Assembly: GCA_973895155.1 (NCBI GenBank)
Contig: OZ316896.1
Coordinates: 1,612,001 to 1,676,000, forward strand
Reading direction: 5' to 3'
DNA: 64,000 bases
From: Marsupella aquatica
Taxonomy: Eukaryota > Plantae > Marchantiophyta
Shown here: positions 50,319-60,472 of the stretch, piece after piece
Numbering within the stretch: position 1 is the stretch's first letter
Layout: each line of letters starts with the position of its first letter
Position numbers and translations under genes: made by a program
The notes under the pieces: generated by a model
The model's database searches: none
The model's input: the letters and a program-made list of their open reading frames with translations, nothing else
Told to the model about the DNA's origin: nothing

Positions 50319-53300
50319 TGTCACGTCGTAGGCTTCAGCCTTAACTCAGACTTCAGCTTAGACGGGCACATCCCTCGTAAATCTGAGGGTTCGGGCAGGA
50401 AGGGAAGCACGTAATGCACCTTATTCTCGTAAACTAGCGCTAAGTGCGCATACTGCTAAATACGGACACCTCCTAGGTATGGTTTGTGTTCCGCCGCCGG
50501 AATGTACCTTAGTCGATAGCAGGATCGACCCCGGCTTAAGGGCTTCTAAGCCTTCGTGCTGTCCGCCTTCGATCCGGATTCGATGATACAGGTCCTCAAC
50601 CCGTGCTCGCAACCACTTACCCGCAGGCTGCACCCTGTGCACGTCTCGGGTAGTGCGTTCGGCCTGGCGCTGCCACCCATATACGAGAAACCCACACACA
50701 TATGCGCACACATGCATACAATCTCGATTTACATGAAGGAAAATGATGGGAAAGGATTTTACTACAAAGGGAACATATGCGTACACTTAGTTGACACGAC
50801 AGCCCTGGAATGCACAGGTTCAAGGCCGAGGGTGCACACTACAACGGAGCCCGGCTCCGCACTCGCCCGGCGAGCTTAGTCCTACCCCCTCCCCTTGGTA
50901 CTTTGTCATTCCCAGAGGTCGGGACTCCCCGCATGTCCCGCGGATGTCCGACTCTGAAACTAAAAACCCCCCCTGCCTCTACCGAAGGGTGCACTAAATA
51001 CTAAGAGCCGAGGGATGGGGGGTCCTCTCGCCGAAGATTCGCTGACTAAGGTCCTAACTAAGCTGACAGTCAGGCCGGAAAATGGCTGTGTCTTATTAGA
51101 AGATCCTAATCTACGCAGGCTGGACAGCAGGGCAGCGCTGCTGTACCTAAGGCAGGTGCCTGTCCCAAGAGCCTAACTAAGCCAATCCTAATCCTAATCT
51201 ATTCCTACTCCGCCGCTAATGCCTGGCACGCTTGCCAGAGCCGCTCGAATGGGAACGGCCATCCCGCTGCCTTCGAAGCCTGTCATTGTCCGCTTTGAGG
51301 AGCTGGACCTGGTCCAGCAGAGATTCGTTCACTCGCCTCACCGCGTCCGTCTCCTCTGCTGCCTCCTGATATGCCTCCTCCAGCTGCTGGGCGTCGCTCG
51401 TCAGTTTACCCGCCAGCTGGTCCTGCTTCTCGGCCTCGGTTTGGAGCCGCGCCATCTCGGCCTGCAGCGTGGCTATCTCCGTCGCGTCCCGCTGGGCTCG
51501 CTCCTCGGCCTCCTCCAGGTCTTTCTGCCAGGTGACAGCTTGTTTCTTCAAACTGTCAATCTGGTTCCGGAGTCGTGTAATCTCAGCCTCGTTCCCAGCT
51601 TTGGCCTGTTCGGCTAGGGCGGTAAGAGCGTACGCCTTTGCTAACAACTCATCGGCGGCTGCAACCTTGGGTCGTAGTTGCAGAAGCTCAGCCTCTTGAG
51701 CCGCCACTTTGTTCTTTAGGTACACGGACTCCACCCGGTACCGCTCTATCCTCTGAAGGGCCTCCGACTGGGCCCGACCTGCCTTTATGGCGGCAACCAA
51801 CTCCTGATTGAAGAAACAGGCTACCTTCCGGGCCATGAACTCCCCGGTATCCCGGGCAATTTGATGAGAGAAATCTCCTAGAAGCCCGTTCAGAAACGTA
51901 CCCTGTACGAAGAGTTCCGGGTGGTCCAAGTTGTGCCTGTCCGGATTTGGGCACGGGCAGACATCAACACGCGCAGGGGCCGGGGCAGTGACGTCCAGCC
52001 CTGGGGACATAATGTTGGAAGGGGCTGGAGTGTCCTCCTGCAGCGATGTCCGGTTCTCCGGAATTGCCACCGGCGGGTCCTTGGGAGACCCGGGTTCGGG
52101 TAAGACCTCTACCGTACCAACTTCTGTACTTAGCCCGGCAAGTTGGGTCGCATCAACGGTTGCGACGACCGACCCCTCCGGCGCCTCCTCGGTTACGATT
52201 ACAGCTATTTGTGGAGGTGGGGTGGGTGAAGCTGGCGTGTCTACTGGACTTCGGGCCTCGGGTTGGGGTCGTCTCTCCAATGCCGGAAAAACCCACCTAG
52301 CTGGGACCAGCTTTGTAACGTTGATGCGGGGAAGGGTTCGTCGATCAAACCGGGCGTACCACTCAAGAATGATTTCGATGTGGCTAGCAAAATACGCCTT
52401 CCCGCCAATGTACAGCGTCTTCCTTCGCCGCTCCATCTCTTCATGGAATTTCTTAGCAAAGTACGACGCCCATTTCCTAGGTCGATAGTTCTCGACCTGG
52501 ATAACCTGGGCGGCGAAGATCTCCCCCCGGGGTTCCATCATGTGGAGAGCGTACCTCTGGAACTCCAGCCGCTCAGCTATCTCGGGCATGAGGCAGGTCC
52601 TCATCACGAACCCATTGTCTACTGATCCCTCCGAGGGAAAACTTGAAGATTGGTACTTGGCCCCCTTGCCCCCGGGAGCCCGTGATTCGACTCGATGGTC
52701 ACCTTCGGGTAACCCGAAGATCATCTTGAGCCGTTCTTCTGTGAGGGACATATTCCTTCCCCGCAGCCGAGTCTGTTGACGTACGTCATCATAATTCTTG
52801 ACGAATTCTGTCATGTCCTCCCCGTAGTACCTGCAAGTGTTCCAGGGGAGAGAGGTGAGGTGCTCAAATCCCTGAGTCTTCAGGTACATCGCATGCTTGG
52901 GATGGAGGATGTTGCTATGAACGTTTTCCCCCATGCGATGCATCGTCACCTTGGCTACGGCTACCGTGGCCAACAGTAACCCGGATGTAGTGGCGGATTT
53001 CTTCCTCTTCTTTCCCCGTGACTGACTCGGGGAAGGTGATACTTCCCCATCCTCCCGATCGGGCCTGGGGAGTGCCACTGCGGTTGGTAACGGGCCCGGG
53101 GCGGCCACGGTCACTATGTTGTCTGCTGGGGCCGCTCCTGGGGTCAGAGCAGGGGGTGGGGACGATATAGTGTCGGCCCCCCGAGCGCTTGTTCCTCTGG
53201 GCCGCCTGGTCAAGGGTGGGGTAGCCTCGTCGTCATCGCTAAGATCCACAGCGTTGATGACGGAGCGTACCTGTGCTGGCTGGGTGATAGGTGGTGGGGT

Positions 53301-54336
53301 TTGGCTAGGCTGCGGCTGAGGCTGAGGCTGAAGCTGAGGTTGAGGCCGGGGTTGCATGGGCACGGGTACGGGTACGGGTACGGGCCCGGCTGAGTTGGTC
53401 ATGTTGGTTGATGGCCGAGTTCCCATGAAGCTCTGCAGGTGCTGGTAGAAGTTCTCCGAAGCGAGTGCGGACGCCCTTGTCGAACGGTTGGTACTGGACT
53501 CGTCGTTAATGACAGCCCGAACCTGGGCAGGGATGTGGTCGAAGTGATGTCGCTGCAGGTCGATTGTACCCGGGATATTGAAGACCTCGTCCGGAAGCCG
53601 AAGCAATGCTTCCCAGAACCCGATATATTTGTCTCTGTTGAAGAAGTACCCAGATACCTCAGCTGGTCGGTAAAGCTCGCTCTGAGACGGGTAGTCAAAG
53701 TTAAGGATGTAGTGGTGTCGTCCTGCTAGGCGGATGGCTCTCTCATATTCGCGTTTGATCTCGTATCGGCGCGGGTTGGCGTGTTTCAACGAATCGGCCA
53801 AGTGCCTTCCGGTAGATAGCAACTGCGTCCAGAATCGAATGGCCGAGCTGGAGAGGATCGTGTGCGACATTCAGAGGAGATAGTAGTGGCGACCTAGAGA
53901 GAACGAGAGAGCTGGGGTCGAAGCTGGCGCGCGGACTGATGGACTGGTGCACTACAAAGGGTTGGCTCCCCTTTAATACTTTGAGGGCTTGTCGATCCCC
54001 GACGTCTCCTCGACGCCCATAGGTTGAACCGCTCACGCTTGTGGTGTACCGGCCACTCCGCCAGTCTGAGTCAGCGTGCGTCAGTGGCCGCTTCCTTAAG
54101 TTTGTTATACGGACCCGAGGGAGGGGCCCCTCCACGCTCGTAACCCGGGTGTGCGAATAGCGACCCGCCGCCAGCCCGAACCTGAAGTCCCCCTTATTGC
54201 CTAATGATGTCCTACCCCTAATGATTACCTAAATATTGTCGTTATGCTAATAATAGCGGCCTAAGACCCACCTAACGCGCGTGCCGAGCGCAGTTAGACT
54301 GAATCACTCATTAACCGCCGTACCGGCGGCATCACA
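50319..54336 (-). repeat. Putative 4018-bp 3' LTR (family A) containing a full ORF
   Basis: On the minus strand starts TGTGATG right after the purine-rich AAGCAGGGAG at the integrase end, and ends GACGTGACA. Termini and internal ORF parallel the solo LTR at 14859-18234. Confidence 0.7.
51216..53870 (-). CDS. 884-aa retrotransposon accessory protein (Pro-rich linkers, basic NLS-like motif, C-terminal coiled coil)
   Basis: Intact ORF with GKKRKKS, a central globular region shared with 16373-16957, and a long heptad-rich C-terminus. Confidence 0.85.
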   Translation of the reverse strand: MSHTILSSSAIRFWTQLLSTGRHLADSLKHANPRRYEIKREYERAIRLAGRHHYILNFDYPSQSELYRPAEVSGYFFNRDKYIGFWEALLRLPDEVFNIPGTIDLQRHHFDHIPAQVRAVINDESSTNRSTRASALASENFYQHLQSFMGTRPSTNMTNSAGPVPVPVPVPMQPRPQPQLQPQPQPQPSQTPPPITQPAQVRSVINAVDLSDDDEATPPLTRRPRGTSARGADTISSPPPALTPGAAPADNIVTVAAPGPLPTAVALPRPDREDGEVSPSPSQSRGKKRKKSATTSGLLLATVAVAKVTMHRMGENVHSNILHPKHAMYLKTQGFEHLTSLPWNTCRYYGEDMTEFVKNYDDVRQQTRLRGRNMSLTEERLKMIFGLPEGDHRVESRAPGGKGAKYQSSSFPSEGSVDNGFVMRTCLMPEIAERLEFQRYALHMMEPRGEIFAAQVIQVENYRPRKWASYFAKKFHEEMERRRKTLYIGGKAYFASHIEIILEWYARFDRRTLPRINVTKLVPARWVFPALERRPQPEARSPVDTPASPTPPPQIAVIVTEEAPEGSVVATVDATQLAGLSTEVGTVEVLPEPGSPKDPPVAIPENRTSLQEDTPAPSNIMSPGLDVTAPAPARVDVCPCPNPDRHNLDHPELFVQGTFLNGLLGDFSHQIARDTGEFMARKVACFFNQELVAAIKAGRAQSEALQRIERYRVESVYLKNKVAAQEAELLQLRPKVAAADELLAKAYALTALAEQAKAGNEAEITRLRNQIDSLKKQAVTWQKDLEEAEERAQRDATEIATLQAEMARLQTEAEKQDQLAGKLTSDAQQLEEAYQEAAEETDAVRRVNESLLDQVQLLKADNDRLRRQRDGRSHSSGSGKRARH

Positions 54337-56595
54337 TAGCTCCCTGCTTAATTGTGAAGCGTCCTCGCGAACATCGCTATCGGCGTCGTCATCTTGATGG
54401 TGGTACTTTTTTACACGATCGTAGCTGATTCGCGTGGGGAGTAAATCGCCGGCATACGTCGCAAGCTCCAAAGATCCGTTTCGGTAGATCTGATTGACAA
54501 GGAAGGGCCCCAACCACCGGGTATGCAGCTTCCCTGGAAACTGCATGTACCTACTATCGTACAGAAGGACTAGATCGCCTGCCACGACGTCGACCCTCCG
54601 TAGTCCTTTGTCGTGCTGCTTCTTCAAAGTTGCCTGTTTCTTCACGGTGTGTCGAGCTGCCAGTAGCCGTGCTTCTTCCAAGGCTTCAATCTGATAAGCT
54701 CGGTCTGACAGACTTTCAGATTCAGGTAAGCGATCCCGAATGCTGACCCGTGGAGTGTGCACTTCAAATTCGACGGGCACCAACGAATGTTGGCCGAACA
54801 CCAGAAAGTACGGGCTGTGACTCGTAGTAGTTTTGTAAGCTAGATTATACGAGTACACCGCCGCGTACAACTTATCATCCCAATCCGTTTTGTGCGCAGC
54901 TATAGTTTTGTTGAGGATCTTCCCAATGATACCATTTGCTCTCTCCGCCATCTCGTTGGCTTTAGGATGATATGGGGTAGTCTTGCGGTGCTTGACTAGG
55001 TAACGCTCCGTAAGCTGGGCTACGGTGTCATTGAGGAAGTGGGTTCCACGGTCGCTTACCAATTCTAAGGGCGGTCCGAATCGGGTGAAAATCTGTTCGT
55101 ATAAGAATCTGGCATTGGTTGCGGCGTCCTTTACCGTAGCCCGCGCTTCGACCCATTTGGTGGAGTAATCAATAGCTAATAGGATGTACCTGCACCTTCG
55201 CCTTCGGGTAACGGGAGTGAATGGTCCGATATAATCAATTCCCCATTTTTCGAATGGTGCCAATGGAAGCACAGATATGAGCGGGTGATGATGAGCCCGC
55301 CTCGGGGCCCCCGCTCGCTGACACAAGTCACAGCCCTTAATGAAGCGCTGCACATCCCGATGCAACGTAGGCCACCAATACCCCGAGTCCAGAATCTTTC
55401 GGGCTGTCGTAACTGCCGCGAAATGGCCTCCAGCTTCTTCTTCATGCAGGGCCCGTATCACGATAAGTGTCTCCTTATACTCTAAGCAGCGTCGTAACTT
55501 TCTGTTAATACCTTCCTTATGTAGGTGACCCTGTATCAAGACGTAAGGCCCGGCTTTCCGTAAAAACACAGCGGCGGCCCGAGCGGCGGCCTCCTGATTG
55601 ATGCCGTCAGGGATGCGGCCCGTTAAAAGGAAGGTGATTATTGAGCCGTACCACGTTGGTGTCCCTTCCCCCATGTGGAACAACTCCTCATCCGGAAAAA
55701 TATCATCAATTGGCTGATCGACTGGTACGCCGTCCAGTCGTGAAAAGAAATCGGCATTGAGGTGTACCCTTCCTGGCCGACCCCGAACTTCGTAATTAAA
55801 TTCCTGGAGAAGTAGCACCCACCGGGCTATCCGTCCTGTCACATCCGCTTTGTTGACCATGTACTTCAGGCTATCATGATCCGTGTGGAAAATGACCTTG
55901 TAGCCTAGCAGATAGTGTCGGAACTTTTTACACGAGTAGATTATTCCCAAAGCTTCTCGATCAGTGGGGGAATAATTCTTTTCGGCTGCAAATAGTTGAC
56001 GGCTAGCGAAATAGATGGGGTGATCACGTCCATCCTCATCTAGCTGACTAAGTACGGATCCGATACAGAACCCTGACACATCGACATACACGTGGAACTC
56101 CTTATTCCAGTCTGGGGTGACCATGATAGGCGCGGTGGTGAGTCGTTTACGGAGTTCCTCAAAAGCAATCCGTCTTCGGGGTGTCTCCTCGACCGCTGCG
56201 TCCTTCTTCATCATCTCAGTTAAGGGCAACGCAATTTTAGCAAAGTCTTTAATGAACCGGCGGTAATACCCTACGCAGCCCAAGAAGGATCGTATTGCTT
56301 TTTGATCCAAGGGGAACACCACCGCCATCCAGGCCGCAACTTTCTCTTGGTCCACCTCAATGCCCCGTTTGGACACACGATGCCCGAGTAACACCCCCTC
56401 CTCTACCCCAAAGAAGCATTTGGCGGGATGTAGTTTGAGGTTAACATCTCGGCATCGTTGCAACGTTCGTCGTAGGTGTTCGGGGTGCATGGCAACGGTT
56501 CCAAAGATGGCAAAGTCATCGATAAATATCTCCAAAAATTCCCGTAGGAAATCGTGGAAGATATTCATCATAAGGCGCTGAAACATAGCCGGGGT
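54304..56595 (-). CDS. pol: Gypsy Pol fragment: RT C-half, RNase H, integrase
   Basis: PAMFQR, FIDD, LLGH, FLGCVGYYRRF; RNase H VDVSG..REALG..TDH; HHCC; GIDYIG, SDRGTHF, AERAN; WLGPF. Confidence 0.95.
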   Translation of the reverse strand, partial: TPAMFQRLMMNIFHDFLREFLEIFIDDFAIFGTVAMHPEHLRRTLQRCRDVNLKLHPAKCFFGVEEGVLLGHRVSKRGIEVDQEKVAAWMAVVFPLDQKAIRSFLGCVGYYRRFIKDFAKIALPLTEMMKKDAAVEETPRRRIAFEELRKRLTTAPIMVTPDWNKEFHVYVDVSGFCIGSVLSQLDEDGRDHPIYFASRQLFAAEKNYSPTDREALGIIYSCKKFRHYLLGYKVIFHTDHDSLKYMVNKADVTGRIARWVLLLQEFNYEVRGRPGRVHLNADFFSRLDGVPVDQPIDDIFPDEELFHMGEGTPTWYGSIITFLLTGRIPDGINQEAAARAAAVFLRKAGPYVLIQGHLHKEGINRKLRRCLEYKETLIVIRALHEEEAGGHFAAVTTARKILDSGYWWPTLHRDVQRFIKGCDLCQRAGAPRRAHHHPLISVLPLAPFEKWGIDYIGPFTPVTRRRRCRYILLAIDYSTKWVEARATVKDAATNARFLYEQIFTRFGPPLELVSDRGTHFLNDTVAQLTERYLVKHRKTTPYHPKANEMAERANGIIGKILNKTIAAHKTDWDDKLYAAVYSYNLAYKTTTSHSPYFLVFGQHSLVPVEFEVHTPRVSIRDRLPESESLSDRAYQIEALEEARLLAARHTVKKQATLKKQHDKGLRRVDVVAGDLVLLYDSRYMQFPGKLHTRWLGPFLVNQIYRNGSLELATYAGDLLPTRISYDRVKKYHHQDDDADSDVREDASQLSRELCDAAGTAVNE

Positions 56596-56623
56596 TTTTC
56601 TCACTATGGGTTTTTCTCACTAT

Positions 56624-57090
56624 GGGTGTCCGTACCGTACGGATGCTACATCGATGAGGCCCGCCGAGATAGTTTGAGCCAAATTTTGTCGAAATTTTTT
56701 TTGGAATTTTTTTTTTCAAAAAAAACATGAATTTTTTTTTTCATTTTTTTTTGTCCTTACGACAATCTCGGCGAGGTCAGCTGAGATTGAGACCACATCT
56801 CGGTGAGGCCCGCCGAGATAGTCCAATGTCCATACAGTACGGACGCCAAATTTTGTCAAAAAAAATTTGGGGAATTTTTTTGTTGTTGAAATGTTTCAAA
56901 AAAAAATGAATTATTTTTTCTTCATTTTTTTTTGTCCTTATCTAATCTCGGCGAGGTCAGCTGAGATTGAGTCAATCTTAGCTGCCCTAGCTGAGATGCG
57001 CAAAAATACGAAGGCCCTATGTCAGCTGCTCAGCTGAGATTCAGAAATTTCAAGGCGACAAAACTGATAACTGATGATCCTCACTACCCC
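56624..57090. mobile_element. Truncated MITE-like element with an internal ~185-bp duplication, ending ...CACTACCCC
   Basis: Duplicated CCAAATTTTGTC...TCTCGGCGAGGTCAGCTGAGATTGAG. TACCCC terminus resembles the 6461-6768 MITE and abuts an SNF2 exon. Confidence 0.55.
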
Positions 57091-58329
57091 ATGACAATAG
57101 GATGAACACAAAATCGGCGTAACTTGAGACACATTGCAAATGTGTGATTCTTACCAGTTATTTTTGTCTATAAATCATGAAACTCATGTTAAAACGAGTG
57201 AAACTCATATTTTGTCTGTAAATCATGAAACTCATGTTAAAACACCATTATTAAAAATTATCAGAATATATAAGAGAGCATGATACCTTGTATGCCTCGT
57301 AGCCTTTTGTTTCTATATCATCATACTTCTTCTTGATAGCATTATCCCATCGCAGTCTCACAATGTTACATTTCTTTTCTGGTAAGTCCATAGTCGCTGC
57401 AATTCAGGAAATCAATTGTCGTTAGTATAGATATTTTTACTATAAAGCTGAGTCCATAATTTTGAAACTGCTTGACCCTAAATATCAATTCAAATGATTT
57501 CATTACCTTTCATCCTCCTCAAGAGCATTGGTTGAATATATTCATGGAGAGTCATGTAATCATATTGCTTATCTTCATTGATGATTATGTCAAACTTTTC
57601 TTTGTCCATGAGAGTTGTATCTCAAGAACCTCATATAATTATATATTTCAGTTGCTTTATTCTGAAACGATGTGCCACTCAGACACCATCGTTTACTAGA
57701 TTTTAAATCCCAGATAGATTTACAAACATTAGTTTTCCAATTTTTTATAGCTTGGCATTCGTCTAGTACGATTCTATACCAGTCTATATCATATAAAGGA
57801 CTATGCCTATTTGTTGCAATCCCATATGTGGTTATGACTATGTCAAATTCATCAAACCCAAATTTTTTCTTTTGTCTTTTTGCACCATGAAAGACAACAA
57901 CTCTCAAATTCCCCTCAGGAATGATTTTGTCTTGTATCTCAGCCTTCCATTGAAGGACAAGTGATTGAGTACAGACAATTAGTGTCTTGCTCCCTAGCTT
58001 GCGGTCTATTTGACAAAATAAGTAACAACATTTGAACCGTCTTCCCCATGCCCTACGATTTGAATGACAGAATAAAATATCAGTTTCAAATACTAAAGTT
58101 CTATTTACATACATGACAAAACGTAAATGTTGAATCGTTCAATACTATTAATGAATCTTGCAACTTTTGTATCATCATTTCATTATATATTGTTTGCATC
58201 AACAAGGTGAAGTAGACACTGTTTACTTGAACTACTGTCGGAGTAGCGCTTGTCGGATTGCTATTTGCGCCTATCATTGTTTCTCGTGGTTGTTGTGATG
58301 CCTTGGCTACCTTGTTGCCTTTGGTGGTC

Positions 58330-58588
58330 GACATCTGCTTGTTGAACACGACAAATGGGTAAGTGGAACACTTTTAAGTCCGGCGGCGTAAGATCTCCAA
58401 CAATGCGCATGAATGCTCTATTTGTGACCCTACTCAACATAACATACACCAGGCCCGGTGTGAATTCACTGTTTATTTCTAGCACGACCTTGCCCGCTAG
58501 TGTGCAATCTTGGCTCTTGTGACCTGTTATGGCGTATCTGAGCATGAGAGAGAAAGTGGATTTGCTATGGGTTTGCTGTCCCGAGATG
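58330..58588 (-). pseudogene. PIF1-family (Helitron RepHel-like) helicase C-terminal fragment
   Basis: KSTFSLMLRYAITGHKSQDCT..FTPGLVYVMLSRVT corresponds to SF1B helicase motifs V-VI. Cut at 58588 by an LTR. Confidence 0.75.
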
Positions 58589-60472
58589 TGTCACCTGCTT
58601 ATCCAACGATTTACATGACAAATATGTATTTACTCCTACTAAAATTGTTTGTTATCGTATTATAGGAACGTGGAGGGACGCTATTCAAATTCTATTGCAT
58701 GCAGGATGAGTATGTTTATTTCCGCTCCCGGAAGTGTAATTTTTGATCAAGTCTACCGACTAGTCTCTCTACTTTTGATCAAGTCCCATGGACTACGCCA
58801 CACACACTCCTACTGGTCGCTGGTGGAGTGCTGTCACCACCCCCCCTACTCACATGGTCGACCAATCCGTGCAAGTATTCCTTAGACACTTCTTGGGGAA
58901 AGAACACAATCGTGAACCAAAAAAGATTCACACCAAAACTTGAGGAATCAAACCAAATCCATATCTTTTGGCAAAATGTCGTAGCACATTGCAAGGACAA
59001 CCCGGCCTCCTGCCGTCTGCCCAACTACTGCCTCACTGGGGCAAGTGCTACACCTCTACCTCACTACTCTGGCTTGATTCCCTCTTCTGGCTATGAGCTA
59101 ACTTCCCTAAGCAAACACTAGACTGAGTTCCCCCCCCACTACTACGGGGCTCTCCCCCTAAATACTCAAAACAACACACCATTTAAGCACCCCTCACGGG
59201 GTCACAAGGATGGTGGCTACCCTAGCGGCGCCGCTAAAACCTGCTAAAACTTTTACAGAAGAAATCCCTAATCCTAAAGCATGCAGCACACACATGCTCC
59301 TAAAACCCTAATCTAACGATGGGGCCGACAGTGCCTTCGACGGCGCCCTAACAACGCTCCGTGAACCACCAACCTGCAAGAGACCCCATAATTGCCAAAA
59401 CTAGACGTCCATCTGATTGCACCTCTGAGCTCGCCCCTGGGTAGCCCTACTCCTCCTGATCATGAATCACCAAACCGCTCCCAAAACTGACGTCGAACGA
59501 CCAAGTTATGGCCGTTTCAGTATCACTTTCTTACCAACTTTGTCGGGCCCTAACTTACTCATCCTGGCTCCGTTTGAGGAGCGCCGCCTCTTGTTGGAAT
59601 CAGCTCCGCGAGCTCTTTCCAACAAGCCCGTGAGTGCACCTTTCTGAAAAGTTTCACAATCGAGAGGTTGTACGACCAAGTCCGTACGGCTACCTAGTCC
59701 TCCTCCTCCTCCTCACTCACGGTGCCATGGCTTGAGCCCCGTGAGTTGGTCTCTTTGTCGCTCTCAATCGGAGTGGAGACTACTCCGCCTCTCTTCTTCT
59801 TCACAAGTGTATTCCTCCCGCTAGTGCTCCCTTGCTTCCTCAACGCCGCCAAGCCCTGACATAGCCCTCACCGATGGTATCCTTCCACAAGGCAGTCTCC
59901 TCTCCAGATTGCAACTCCAACGATAAAACCTGCCCGGTGGCCATGGGAGTCCCTGGTGTCACAGATCTGGGCGGCATCTCCGGGTTTCCTGTATTGACCT
60001 GGGCCTCCCGTAACGACTTACGTACCTTCTTGAGCTTTTTCTCCAAGCTCTTATTCTTCCTCCTGATTCTTCTTGGCAGCTTCCAGCAGGGGACCGTACT
60101 TCCCACTTACTTCCTTCACCACCATCTCAATGGCCTTGGAGACCAGGTCGGGGGAAAGCGTGGAGCTAGGTGGGCAGGGATTCTTCCGCTTCCCCAGACT
60201 CAAGGCCTCACTTCTTTTGGCCCTAGTCTTAAAGATCCCCACCTGACTCCGTAGTTCTGCAATCTGGCCTCTTAACCTTCCACTTCTCTCGTGTTCTGCT
60301 TCTCTTTGGCCAATGCTTCTCTCAGCACTCCAACTTCCTCCGCTTCTTTGGCCTTAGTAGACAAGGCCCCCCTCAAGTAAGAAATCTCCACTTGAGCCGC
60401 CTGGAGAAGCTTGGCCTTCTCTTGTATGGCTTCCTCCTTAGCTTTGATCACCTCCTTCATCGACGTGGCACC

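Larger units (their letters stand above)
50319..56595 (-). mobile_element. 5'-truncated Ty3/Gypsy (non-chromovirus) LTR retrotransposon
   Basis: Partial RT-RNaseH-integrase followed by a putative 3' LTR ending ...CGTGACA at 50319. Confidence 0.9.
46802..58052 (-). pseudogene. RING-containing SNF2-family (RAD5/RAD16/ULS1-like) helicase pseudogene, split by insertions
   Basis: GMGKTVQML (motif I), TLIVC..LVLQW, DIVITTY, RIVLDECQAIKN, RWCLSGT, LKLRRFCVHP (~57100), RING part CSHVFCNIC..CKQC (~50190-50270), KVLVFSQW, VGLNIT..DLWFNPSVEEQAIDKAHRIGQ. MEDTIEEQV is restored across the 47083-49548 insertion. Confidence 0.85.
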
